A DNA stretch of 48,663 bases from Octopus bimaculoides (GCF_001194135.2 NC_068996.1:31246291-31294953); one strand, 5' to 3'. Shown: positions 12,901 through 25,410, counted from the stretch's first letter. Translations and numbers: made by a program. The notes: generated from the letters alone by a model not told the origin.

Positions 12901-14110
12901 AAATAAGGAAAATAGCAAAATATTTGCTTTTCCCGTTAGTTGTTGAAAACATTGATGCGTACCTCCTGCAGATCAGGGGGTGCTTCTAAACAAAAATACT
13001 ATTGGTGTAGTCCAGACAATGTCAGAAATAAAATGGTAACGATAAAAATGAAAACACTTTCCACTCTTGCTATTTCCGCAACTTTCACCCACCATTTGAT
13101 AAATTCACTCGAGGATAGCAACTTCCTCTCCACTCTCACTTTCCTTTTCAAGTGAAATATGAAGAAGTCAGTGAGGGCTTTACCAAAGAGAAATGTTTCT
13201 GTCCTCATTCCTTTCAATCAGACAACCTCTTTTGTCACAATCATCAGACAAAGGAAAACTGCCTTGCCTGCACGATTAAAGGAGGGTGGCGGGCAATCAT
13301 CATTATGGACTCGGTTGACAGACGGATCCGTCCCACACACGACGGCAGCTGTTCAACATAAATCCACAAGTCAGCAATGCCAAGATACTGAACGAGTGCA
13401 TTCAGAACGATTTCGTCGCTTTGCGAGCATCTCGGACAAGCCCGTCTGACAGCACTTCTGTGCATGCAGAGTTTATTTCGAACTGGTAGCGCTCCTTGCT
13501 AGCGAAGCCAGGCCAAAGAAATCAGGAAATTATCCATAATAGTCCCCGGACATCGTCGCACTTCTCGGCTACTAATCCTTTGTATATAGCTAAAGGGGAA
13601 CATCCACCGATCCTATTTCCTGACTTGTAGAGGATATTTAGCACCTGGCGATGAGCTACGGAAAGGCGTGTCTCACAAACGGGGCCATACGCGTTCAGCT
13701 ACTTGAAATCGTTGTAGGTAGCGCAACTTGAGTGCATGTCTGAGCATCAAAAGTCATGGCATACCTATGCCACAACGCAGAGGGAATTGGCAGCAACTGA
13801 CCACCTGACCGTTGGAACGCGTCCCTTCTACAAGAAAATAAACAGGATACGTTACAATCTCATCAAACAGTACTGGGGGGAAACCATGACGATCTGATGA
13901 TAAATAATGACAGAGATGATGTAGGCATTCGCCACCTCAGCCCGATCTTTCAGGAACAACTTCCTCTCTGCTCATTTCTTGAGGTCAAGACCGAATCAGA
14001 CCCCAAGCAGTTTAACTGGTCCGTAAGTTCAGCGTCCGACGGCATCGATCTGCCTCCCCAGGTGCCCAGTCGCAACCCACCGAAAACTGGTACAAACAGT
14101 TACACGAGAA
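12900..14110 (-). mobile_element. Tx1/L1-clade retrotransposon copy D (5'-truncated; RT thumb, CPRC zinc finger, 3' UTR)
   Basis: Minus-strand LSLKDRAEVANAYI, RACPRCSQSDEIVLNALVQ and FHLKRKVRVERKLLSSSEFIKWWVKVA. Confidence 0.85.
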
Positions 14111-14139
14111 AAACAAAAAAATCTTTTCTCTGTCTTTAA

Positions 14140-15097
14140 GGTAGCTGATAAATACAAGAAAGAAGACATAGTACCTGACAACTATGAAGAAAAAGAAGAA
14201 ACAACAAAAGCTGTAAAACAACTGAAATCCAAACTAAAACTGGAGCAATAGCGTATCATGATAAAATGATAGCAAGTAAATCTCCTACATGGAAAATATT
14301 AGGTTAAGCTAAACAGAAATCTTATCAATGGTTAAGAAGCTCAGGACTGAAAGATTTTTAATTGCAGCCCAGGATCAAAGCTTTCACACCATAAACCACC
14401 AAAAATAATTAATGAAAAGAAATACAAGTAACTTCAGAATATGTAGTGACGGAAAAGAAACAATAAATCATATTGTCCCTGGCTGCCAAGTCCCGGCTAT
14501 GAAGGAATATATTCACAGACATGACAGAGTTGGGACCTATATACACTGGAAGTTATGCCAACACTATGGAATAACAACAGAAGAAAGATGGTATAAGCAC
14601 ACGCCAGAAAAGGTCATAGAAAATGAGAAAGCAACCATACTCTGGGATATGCCAATACACACAGATAGAGAAATTAAGGCAAATAGACCAGATATAGTTG
14701 TCAAAGATCATGAAGAAAAAAAATGCTTTCTAATTGATGTATCAATACCAGCAGATGACAACGTTTCCCTAAAATAAATGGAAAAACTTTCAAAATACAA
14801 AGACCTGGAAATAGAGATAACTCGAATGTGGAGCTTAAAAACAAACAATTCCTATCATAGTGGGTGCCTTAGGTATAATAAAAAAATATTCAGACAAATA
14901 CATAACAAAGACACGAGGACTTACAAAAGTATATAACATACAGAAAATAGCACTACTAGGCACCGCGCACATTTTACGTAAAACATTTCAATACAGTAAA
15001 ATTAAGAGCATCACAACGATCCACATCACACACCCAAGGCACACAGATCTGCATTCGGTAGTGCAGTGAAAGCACGTGATAAAAATAAGACTACTGA
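14140..15097 (+). mobile_element. R4/Dong-clade 3' half (CCHC-type finger and restriction-like endonuclease) ending in an (AAT)n tail
   Basis: RICSDGKETINHIVPGC, HDRVGTYIHWKLC and NRPDIVVKDHEEKKCFLIDVSIP (PD..D REL motif); in-frame stops. Confidence 0.92.
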
Positions 15098-15362
<265 letters not shown>

Positions 15363-15562
15363 TATCAACGGAATATTACCTCAAATTTATGCAATAGGAG
15401 TAATGGTACAAATTTTTATGTCCGTGATGTATAGAAACTAAAGTTAGCTTTAACGAGATGTTAAATGGAAGTAAACTCATTTCACAGCATTTTAGTCGCT
15501 AATTGCTTTTGGAAGGCATTAATATCACAACACTACATTTAAAGAATTTAGATTTTTAACAG

Positions 15563-15608
15563 ATAGATTGGTTTGGTGGAGTAGGAGGATATATAGACGG
15601 CCAATGAG
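15563..15608 (+). CDS. Candidate coding exon (DRLVWWSRRIYRRPMR, phase 1-2) with a GC donor
   Basis: Acceptor gatttttaacag; donor ATGAG|gcaagt matches the GC-AG consensus; 46 nt; phases fit both neighbours. Confidence 0.5.
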
Positions 15609-16244
15609 GCAAGTTGATAAAAAGCGATTAGTGCAGGGAAATAATTAGATAATCGATAGAACAGACAGAAATATCAGATTAAAAGAAATCAGTTATTTTC
15701 ACAAAAATGAAGACATATAATAAGGCTGATTGATGTTGCATCAGTATGACTGTCTGCCTACGTATTTGGTAAATATATATCTTCCGATCTACCTATATGA
15801 CAGTATGCCTATTCACTACACTCCCTACTTACGAATTTATCTATCTGTCAACCGATTTAGCTACCTTCCAATTTACCTACATGTCCTACCTATTTATCAA
15901 TGTCTATCTTCCCCTTTTCTTTCCATATATCTACAAATATATGTACACACACACGCACACACACACATATATATATATATATCTAAGTAATACACACACA
16001 CTTGTATAGATGTATGCATTAATACATAACTTCTGATACATACAGAAAGAAAGAATATGTACATTAAGTATACACTCGCAACACATGTATACATGCAAAT
16101 ATACGTAAACCCATGTACACAGACGAACATAACACCAACACACATTCACTCACATAAAAATGAATAGGGAGTACTACAATGATAAAGAACTTGTTAAATA
16201 CGGCCTAATTTAAAACTGTCCTAATTTGGCGCAGGCTAGCATAT

Positions 16245-16361
16245 GATCTATCTATCTGTCTATCTATCTATCTATCCCCTCCCAAAAAGAAAAGCTCTAC
16301 ATTGTATTTGTCCCATCTTCGTTGAGCCCTGTGTGGCTAATAAAAGAAATGTATCTATCTA

Positions 16362-16451
<90 letters not shown>

Positions 16452-16455
16452 AGTC
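16245..16455. repeat. (ATCT)n/(GTCT)n microsatellites flanking a short SINE-tail-like remnant
   Basis: Direct reading; the ttgtcc...agccctgtgtggctaataaaagaaat tail resembles interspersed-repeat ends. Confidence 0.75.
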
Positions 16456-16657
16456 TGACAGAATTTATATTCTTTATGGAAAATATTGTTGATTTATATT
16501 TAGTATGAAGACTGTGGTCCATGATGTGTTCTGCTCTCAGCCATAGATGTACGAAAGAATCACCAGATTATGAATTTAACACAGTATAATTTAGCAGAGA
16601 TCATGAAACTAGTGTTTAGATGGGCTAAACGATATCTGAAGAGACTGAAAATTGCTT

Positions 16658-16724
16658 CTGATCATGTAAAAGTTCCCGATCCTGTAAAAGTTCCCGATCC
16701 TGTAAAAGTTCCTGATCATAAGTT
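16658..16724. repeat. 18 bp minisatellite, about 3.7 copies (c[c/t]gatc[c/a]tgtaaaagttc)
   Basis: Direct reading; encodes DHVKVP/DPVKVP in ORF 16570-16851. Confidence 0.9.
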
Positions 16725-17125
16725 CGACATGTTGAGTCAAACTTCAACAATATTCAGTTCAGTTATAAGTATATTTATATTAGATATTATAACATATATA
16801 AATAAGCAAACATATGGACGTATCAAACTAAAAGTCAGTAAATTCTCGTAAAATACACAATATTAATTATGAAAGATATTTATTTATATACCTGCTATAT
16901 CTCTAGAAAATGGTCTATATATAATAATTAATCCATAAGGCTAACAAATAAACAAAGGAGAATTCGAGATTCTTTGTTTTAAATTTATAAACAAACCCAT
17001 TTATATGAAAAAGAATTAATTAGCACATTATGTTCTTATGCTATTAATTATATCAAATAAGGCTGTTTTAAATTATACTTTTATATATATGATTTTATGA
17101 AAAGGACGTGAAAAGAACAGTATAT

Positions 17126-17173
<48 letters not shown>

Positions 17174-17458
17174 GTCTGTCTATCTGTCCGTCTATATGTC
17201 TTATGACGTAAGTATGCACATACATTCATGCACGCGCACGCACACACATACACACACATTTTGATACGTAAATACGCATGTGTTTGCCTGTATGTATAAA
17301 TACATACGAACGCACATACGCATGCACACATATTTATATAGTTGTATAAATATATTCTTTATCAGTAAACGTCGGTGTGAAGCCTACTGCTATAATAACG
17401 TCCTCGAACATTACGTAGCCATATTTGATATGGCAAGCTAGTGTATATTTATCCTAAG

Positions 17459-17494
17459 GGAAATCAATCAAGAATTTGTGGAATTTACATATTC
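17459..17494 (+). CDS. Candidate coding exon (EINQEFVEFTYS, phase 2-2)
   Basis: Acceptor atatttatcctaag, donor TC|gtatgc; 36 nt; AG|G forms Arg across the junction. Confidence 0.5.
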
Positions 17495-18038
17495 GTATGC
17501 CACAAGCCAAGTCTTTCATGGTCTGAATCTACGCTGAGTATTCCGTCATAAGAACATCTACCTAAAATGTTTGAAAGCAAGCGATAGCTGCAGTGTCCTA
17601 TTAACAATTTATACTGCGGGTTCTCTAGAGATCTACATTGCTGTCACTGAGTAATTAACTCTTAAGAGATTAATATGTTGGTATTTCAAGAGAAGATAAT
17701 TATATAAAAGGAACGTCCATGTTACCTCTAAAAGAAAAAAAGAAGATAAGAAAATCAAAAGCAATACAGAAAGATATTCCATTTCGAGTACTAAAAAACA
17801 AACAAACTATAACTACTATGAGAGGAATATTTCTGAATAAACTGATTCAAAATTTCTTTGAAAATATTTAAAAAGAAAAACCAATTCCACATTAATAAGA
17901 GAAAGTATAATTATAACTAAGCAATTAAAATCAGTTTAGCATTAACAATTTGTAATACACAAGAATGCCAAACGTTTTGAAGTGAAGAGTATTGTCTGTT
18001 GAGTGACTTGTAGTATATGATTGATACTTGATTTATAG

Positions 18039-18083
18039 GTATCGACTGATGAAGTTGATCAGAGCATCATTTCAATACAGACG
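18039..18083 (+). CDS. Candidate coding exon (YRLMKLIRASFQYRR, phase 2-2)
   Basis: Acceptor acttgatttatag, donor CG|gtaaca; 45 nt open. Confidence 0.5.
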
Positions 18084-18436
18084 GTAACAAGACGTAGATA
18101 TCATAAAATATTTTCTCGGAGTTGTACATATTTTGTTATCTGTAAATGTAGAGACATTAACTTTAGAAGAACTACAAAATATACTGCTAAACTGGCAAGA
18201 AACAAAGAAGATATAATATAAAATATAACATTCCTGTACATGACCAGAGCTCAAGCAACATGGAAGTCAATAAATATCTAGGAACACGAAGATACACATA
18301 GACACGCACACACATATATATACCCGCAGATGCACATTTATGTATGTACCTACATATACACATGTGCAAAAACATACACATATGTATATATATATAACTG
18401 TACATGTATTATGTAAGTATGTACGTATGTATGTAG

Positions 18437-18471
<35 letters not shown>

Positions 18472-18472
<1 letters not shown>

Positions 18473-18843
18473 GTGCAGGAGTGGCTGTGTGGTAAGTAGG
18501 TTGCTTACCAACCACATGGTTCTGGGTTCAGTCCCACTGCGTGACACCTTGGGCAAGTGTCTTCTACTATAGCCACGGGCCGACCAAAGACTTGTGAGTG
18601 GATTTGGTGGACGGAAGCTGAAAGAAGCCCGTCGTATATATGTATATATATGTATGTGTGTGTCTGTGGTTGTCCCCACCCCAACATCACTTGACAACCG
18701 TCCCAGTAACTTAGCGGTTCGGCAAAAGTGGCCAACAGAATAAGTAATAGGCTTACAAATAATAAGTCCTGGAGTCCATTTGCTTGACTAAAGGTGGTGC
18801 TCCAGTATGGCCGCAGTCAAATGACTGAAACAAGTAAAAGAGT

Positions 18844-18846
<3 letters not shown>
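18472..18846 (+). mobile_element. tRNA-derived SINE (octopus-type) with a LINE-like 3' tail
   Basis: A-box-like tggctgtgtggtaag, B-box-like ggttcagtccc, then body and tail ggtgctccagtatggccgcag...ctgaaac; degenerate heads of the same family at ~34660 (+) and ~37060 (-). Confidence 0.85.
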
Positions 18847-18887
<41 letters not shown>

Positions 18888-19215
18888 AATGTAAATGAGG
18901 GTGCCAAATAGCACCTAGACACGTGTGATCAGACTAAAATTTCTTATAGAGTAAGAGACAACCCGGAAGTGAATGGTATTAAATTTACATTTAATATAGG
19001 ATAAAATTTTCAAAACATTCTATCAATGGCCAACATATTAAAAAATACCTTTCAAGGTGAAAATTTTAAGCAACTTATAAATAAGGGCAAAAAGAAAATC
19101 CTATGCCAAATATACCGAGAAATAGACTTTAAATCTTCAGTAACCACATATAATTCATCACTAAAAGCACGCGTCTCGAAGCAAGCTGACAAAATTTTTC
19201 TAAAAAATTCCGTTA

Positions 19216-19276
19216 TTACCGAATCGGTCCGATTTCTGAGTTAATTCATAAAGAATTTTCTTGTCATCGGCGGTAA
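19216..19276 (-). ncRNA. Type I hammerhead ribozyme motif, core mutated (CCGAUGA)
   Basis: Minus strand: ttaccg-CCGATGA-stem II-GAAA-tcggaccgat-T-cggtaa; perfect 6 bp stem I and palindromic stem III. Confidence 0.6.
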
Positions 19277-19525
19277 ATACGTTAAGAAATAAATGAAATA
19301 CTTATTTGCACACATGGAACAAACATATCCATAGATATAAATTTAATACCGTTCACTTCCGGACTGTCTCTTACTCTATGAGAATTTTCAGTCTGATCAC
19401 ACGTGTCTCGAGGTGTGCTGAAAATTTCTATTTAGATATATTTGAGGTACTTAAGTGTACACATGGCTTTGCGTATGCTAGTTCCATGAGTGCAAGTAAG
19501 TATTTCACTTATTTTCTTAACGTAT

Positions 19526-19586
19526 TTGCCGCTGATGACGAGAAAATTCTTTAAGAATTAACTCAGAAATCGGACTGATTCGGTAA
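19526..19586 (+). ncRNA. Type I hammerhead ribozyme motif with intact core
   Basis: ttgccg-CTGATGA-c gag aa aattct tta agaatt aa ctc a-GAAA-tcg gac tga-T-T-cggtaa; stem I 6 bp, stem II 3+6 bp, AUU cleavage triplet; the 10.1-11.1 pair is an atypical C-A. Confidence 0.7.
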
Positions 19587-19769
19587 TAACGGTATTTTTT
19601 TTTTTTAGAAATTTCTGTTCGCTTGCTTCGAGATGCATGGTCTTGTGATGAATTATATGTGGTTATTGACGATTTTAAGTATATTTCTCGGAATATTTGG
19701 CATAGGAATTTTTTTCTTTTGCCCTTATTTATAAGTTATTTATGATTTTCACCTTAAAAGGTAATTCTT

Positions 19770-20935
19770 AATATGCTGGCCACTGATAATATGTTTTGAA
19801 AAATTGTAATTGTATCNNNNNNNNNNNNNNNNNNNNNNNNNNNNNNNNNNNNNNNNNNNNNNNNNNNNNNNNNNNNNNNNNNNNNNNNNNNNNNNNNNNN
19901 NNNNNNNNNNNNNNNNNNNNNNNNNNNNNNNNNNNNNNNNNNNNNNNNNNNNNNNNNNNNNNNNNNNNNNNNNNNNNNNNNNNNNNNNNNNNNNNNNNNN
20001 NNNNNNNNNNNNNNNNNNNNNNNNNNNNNNNNNNNNNNNNNNNNNNNNNNNNNNNNNNNNNNNNNNNNNNNNNNNNNNNNNNNNNNNNNNNNAATCTTAA
20101 GCCTCTGCTGCCTTGTTTTCGTTTTAGATAGACGCGGTCTGCGTCACTGTTGATGTGGGAATTATGTGCGCTTGTTAGTATTTTTCGGGTTGTCACATCA
20201 ATGGATCGGATCCAATCAAGCAGCCCAAATATTGGCATGAGTACTGGCACTGCAAAAACATTGTGGGCCACTGTTTTATTGAATACAGAGAGCTCTGAGG
20301 TCCAAATTTTGTGTATTCGGCTGTAATATTCTTTAGTGACACGTATTTTGTTACAGGTGCCATTGTAAGATAAATTTTCATCCACCCCTAGTTCCCTGTA
20401 AAATTCCTCGTCAGATACAGGAGAAACAGTCAAATCATTGATGAAGATGTTACTAGTCTGGTTTATAGTTTTCCCCCTTTTCACAACATTTATTCTGACC
20501 AAACTCAAACCATGCATCCTTTGAGAATGCTATAACTAGGTCAAGGCTCTTTTTTCATCTCATGCATAGTCATTGCATAAAGTTTAGAGTCATCCATAAA
20601 TAAACAGTGTGTAATTTTGGTATTTCCGTTTCCTTGTGAACAAGCGAGATATCGTTCAGACTTCCTTAACATGAATGACAAGGGGTTTACAGAAAGTATA
20701 AACATCACAGAGAGGCTATCTCTTTGGAATATGCCTCTGCGATACTGTATTCTATCGGTAATAATACAGTCACCCTTTGTGCTTATTTTCAAGATGGTGG
20801 CCCACGATAAAGTCAGATCAGCTATGGCTTCGACTATTCTCACTGGAACTTTAGCAAGCTGAAGGGCTTCTAGCGTCCATGAGTGGGAAACAGAGTCAAA
20901 GGCTTTCTTGTGGTGTATCCACATTGAAACTAGGT
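19770..20935 (-). mobile_element. R4/Dong-clade RT fragment, decayed and gap-interrupted
   Basis: HHKKAFDSVSHSW, YRRGIFQRDSLS, ITHCLFMDDSKLYA, KEYYSRIHKIWTSELSVFNK, DADRVYLKRKQGSRGL. Confidence 0.9.
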
Positions 20936-20939
20936 TCCT

Positions 20940-21108
20940 CATATATGTATGTATGTATGTATGCATATATGTATGTATATATATGTATGTTTTCATATAT
21001 GTATACATGTGTGTGTGCGTGTGTATATGTATGTATGTATTATGTATGTGTATGTATGTATGTATGCATGTGTGTGTGTGTATGTATGTATGTATGTATG
21101 TATGTATG
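20940..21108. repeat. (TATG)n/(TG)n microsatellite
   Basis: Direct reading. Confidence 0.95.
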
Positions 21109-24100
21109 TATTGTGAGAGAGGGCGACGCCCCCTGGCAGGAATGGACTGCACCACTACATATAATTTGTAACGGTCTGAGTAAGTGAGGCAGTTCGTGCT
21201 AGTTCCACAGTCCATGTGTTGATAGTTCAAAGCTGGCGTTCAAAGTTTACAGTTCGAGTTAGTATGTTGGATTGTTGGTTCTTAAAAAATGTTGTTACGT
21301 TACGTGTGGTTACTGCGGTTTGTTTAGATTATATTATTACACTGTTGCAGTGTATTCGTGTATCCATAACGATATAACATCTGGCGATGAGGATCGTTCG
21401 AAACTCACATTGGTTATTTGACACATTCTGTGTTACGGAAAACCTATTAGCCCCAGTAGTACAACTTCAAGAGAAGCAACAAGAGCAGCTAGGGCATTGC
21501 AAAAACTAATGCAACAGCAACAGTAACAATTGAGTTACAGTCGGCGAAATCAAAAATCCAGTGAGCTCGTTTACGTCAGACGGCGTGGCCAATGTAATTT
21601 CTGAATTTACCTATAATCTGGAGGAGGGTATTACGTTTTCTGCGTATTATAGAAGATACAAGGAAATTTTTAACAACGAGTGCAAGTTATGGTCGGAGGA
21701 ACAGAAAGTAAGGCTACTATGCAAGGTAGCTCCTGCCTAATATGAGCGTTACTGTAACTTGATTCTGCCCAAAAAGTCAAGTGAGATTTGTTTCCATGAA
21801 ACCGTGAAACAGCTTTCAAAAAATTTTCGTGATGTAAGTTCGTAATTCAGTATCAGAATGGAGTGTTAGAACTTAATAAAAATGAGAAAGATGAGTTTAT
21901 TATCTACGCCGGAATAGTCAACCGTATGTGCGAAAATTTCAAACACCAGGATCTCACTCAGGATATGTTCAAATCCCTTATCTTCGTACAATGATTTATA
22001 GCACCTGAAGATAGAGAAATTCGGGCAAGGATTCCCTCGACAATGGAGCAAGCGAACCAGGATTTATATTTACAGACCATCGCAGAAGAATGTCAGACTA
22101 TGGTAAATCTTAAACATGATGTGAAAAAAATGCAAGACAAAGACACTGCAAAAATTCAGATGTGTCCTCCCAGGAGGCACAATAAAAAAGTATCACGCCT
22201 CAATCCGTGTTATGGTTGTGGCTGCCTACACTGCAAAAAGACTATAGTTGTCAGAAGCTGGAACACAGTTATCATTGAAGAACAAGACTATGAGCCTCAA
22301 ACACAAAAAGTTCTAAGGTGTTTTCAGCAGAGAGTGATTGCGACAGAAAAACAAGCAAATTCGTGCATAAATGATGTAAATACCAAATTACAGTTAGACA
22401 CAGGTACTGACTTCTCGATTATAAATGCGAATACTTGGAAGAAAATTGGTAAACCGAGATTACGTAAAAACAGCGAAAATAGCGCATGGTGTAATGGGCA
22501 ATAAATTACATTTCATGGTAAAACATTTCGAGGAAAGACACGCGAAGCAAAATTATTCGTTGCGGATAATACAATCAATCTGTTTGGTATAGATTGGTTA
22601 GAACTATTCGATTTATGGCACCACCCCATAAATCTTTACTGAAATAGCATAAATGGTTGTCCCATTAAAAACAAGTCTTCGGAAGACCTGAAGAAAAAAT
22701 TGAAAAAATGTTCCAGCAAGTGTTATCAGAGGATCTAGGTCTATGTAGGAACATGGAAGCCTATTTCCAAGTCAGTGAAAACGCTGTATCTATATTTAAA
22801 GCAAACAGAAAAGTAACGTTCGCAACAATTTAAACCATAAATGAAGAGTTGGACAAACTCGAAAAGAATGGAGTCACCAAAAATGTGGATTACTCGAAGT
22901 GAGTGGCACCCATAGTATATATTAAAAAAAATAATATCATGCAGTGTGCTGATTTCTCTACAGGACTGAACGACTGCTTAAAAACATACCACAACCCACT
23001 CCCGACTGTAAAGGACATTTTTTCAACGTTAAATAGTAAAAAGAAATTTCCAAATTAGATTTGTTTGAAGCTTATTTACAGATAGAAGTAAATGAAAAGT
23101 TCTTAAAATATTTGACAATAAATACACATCGCGGATTGTACAGATTCACACGATTAACTTTTGGATTTAAAGTGGCACCAGCAACTTTCCAGTAAATCAT
23201 GGATACTATGTAATCTGATTGTGAATTTGCAACTCCGTATTTGCACAATATTTTGATCAAGAATAATTTTCGGGAACAGTATGTGGAAGACATAAAATCT
23301 GTGTTTAAGAAAATTAAAGTTTTCGGGTGCATTTTGAGTGAAGAGAAATGTGAATTCTTTTTACCTCAAATTAAGTACCTAGGGCAAATAATTGATAAAA
23401 GTGGCAGATATCCTGACCCGTCGAGGGCAGACGCAATAAGGAATATGCCTGTGCCAACAACTATTCCAACTTTAGAACTATTTCTTGGGCTGGAAAAATA
23501 CCACCAATGCTACATTCCTAATATGCACAAGTTAAGAGCTCCATTGAACGACTTATTAAAAGAGGAGTAAAGTGGAATTGGTCAGTTAAATACCAAAACG
23601 CATTTGAAGAAATAAAAAACTCTAATCTCAGACCTGTCATCAGAATATTAGGATCCCGAAATGTACATCATTGTAGCGTCTGATGCTTCTAACCACGGAT
23701 TAGGTGCAGTTGTACTTTATAAATACGAAGACGGAAGTACAAAATCAGTGTTCATGTTTCACATTCGTTAAAAGTAGCAGAGAAGAGATTTGAAAAGGAG
23801 GCCCTAGCAATTATTTTTGCAGTTAAAAAAATTTCACAGATTTCTGCATAGCAGAAGTTTTTTATCGTGAACAGACCATAGACCTTTGCTGTCGATTTAT
23901 GAGTCTAAAAATGGGTTACCGACTTATACTGTGAACCGCCTGCAGCGTTGGGGTAACATTACTAAATTATAATTTCAAAATGCAATAAATTCCATCGGAA
24001 AAAAAAAAAAATTGGTCATGCGGACCGCCTTTCGAGATTAATTCCAAAAAATATGGAACCACTAAAAGAGACTGTTATAGCTGCACTGCTGACAGAAAGT

Positions 24101-25372
24101 GAAATTAAAAGTGTTGTGACGAACGTTGTGTCAACTAGCCGATTATAGGTCGAAATATTGAAAACTTGGTTAGAATGTGAGGAGAATGCGCGCTCGCGAC
24201 CAAATAACTGGCGGTAAAATATCAATCGTGGCCCACAGACAGAGAACCCATTGTCTAGGTTACACATTGACTATGCCGGACCGATTAAGAACGCTTACTA
24301 CCTAATCGTAGTAGATAGCTGTACTAAGTGGCCGGAGGTTTTCGGTGCCATAGACCAACCTGTAAGACAACTATAAAGTTCTTACACGAATTGCTTGTGC
24401 GATACGGTGATCTTGCCACGCTATGTTTAGACAACGTAACAGAGTTCTCTGGGTATGAATTCAAGAACTTCTATAAAAGGCATGCGATGAAGCATATTTT
24501 CACTCCACCTTACCATCCGAGGTCAAACGGGCAGGTAGAAGGATTTGTGGACACCTTTAAGAGAGCGTTAAGAAAAGCGAGGAATGAATTAAGTAAGGAC
24601 GAAAACTTACAAATTCCTTAAGAATATACAGAATAACCCCCAATCTAAGTACAAATTCAGGGAAGTCTCCTGCAGAATTTATGTATCCATTTTTGATAAG
24701 CTAGTACAAGAGAAAAAAAGACGTAAAGAAAATACGAAAGAGCCAACGAAATATATCGAGATTAAGTGCATTTCAAAACCTATAGAAATGGTAAAGAAGG
24801 CTGGGAAGATGGCTTTGTCACCAGAAAAATTGGAAGTATGAGGTATCTAATTAAAGGGTCACATGGTGAACATAAGAGACGTAAACCAACTAAGGAAGAG
24901 GCATACCCAAGATCAGGAAGAAATTCCCATGAAAATATTCTGTGAAATATTTGATGTACTGATACCAAAGGTAATAGAGTCCCGTAGAACCAGCATGAGA
25001 AAAAGAAAGCAGACCGAACACCTTGAGATAATGCCCAAGTAAAAGAGATACTAAAAAAAAAATATAATATAAAATTTCATTATTCCTTTGGAACACGAAA
25101 TCTCAAAAGGGGAGATGTTGTGCGAGAGTATGATGTCCCCTGGTGAGAATGGACTGGACCACTACATATAAATAGCAGCAGTCTGAGTAAGTGAGGTAAT
25201 TTGTGCTACTTCCACAGTTCGTGTGTTGATAGTTCAAAGTTTACAGTTTAAGTTAGCGTGTTGGATTGTTGGTTCTTGAAAGATTGTTATGTTCTATGTG
25301 GTTACTGCTGTTTGTTTCAATTATATTGTTATTACACTACTGCAGTGTATTCATTTATCCATAAGGATATAA
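21107..25372 (+). mobile_element. Ty3/Gypsy LTR retrotransposon (Mag-like), near full length, decayed
   Basis: LTRs ~21107-21379 and 25116-25372; PBS tggcgatgaggat (21382-21394); PPT aaaaggggaga before 25116; domain order protease (LDTG), RT (RLTFGFKVAPATFQ; YLHN where YLDD is expected), RNase H (DASNHGLGAV), integrase (LHIDYAGP; YHPRSNGQVE). Confidence 0.95.
21382..21394 (+). promoter_or_regulatory. Primer binding site complementary to the tRNA-Ser(GCU) 3' end (one mismatch)
   Basis: TGGCGATGAGGAT versus TGGCGACGAGGAT, the complement of ...ATCCTCGTCGCCA; lies 2 nt after the LTR-terminal CA. Confidence 0.8.
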
Positions 25373-25410
25373 GTTTGTATGTATGTATGTATGTATGTAT
25401 GTATGCGTGT

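Larger units (their letters stand above)
18910..19810. mobile_element. Inverted, circularly permuted duplication of a ~480 bp hammerhead-bearing unit (Penelope-like pLTR or retrozyme-like)
   Basis: 18910-18990 is the reverse complement of 19338-19419; 19000-19320 is the reverse complement of 19481-19808. Confidence 0.7.

Noticed and set aside
16658-16724. Short regular repeats as a possible CRISPR array (also 30376-30470)
   Set aside because: No unique spacers, no cas genes, eukaryotic context.
18472-18545. tRNA-like sequences with A/B boxes (also ~25411, ~29038, ~34660)
   Set aside because: They continue into SINE bodies and lack a complete cloverleaf; they are SINE heads, not tRNA genes.
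22043-24621. Gypsy ORFs as an active or domesticated gene
   Set aside because: Many stops and frameshifts, RT catalytic aspartates lost, diverged LTRs.
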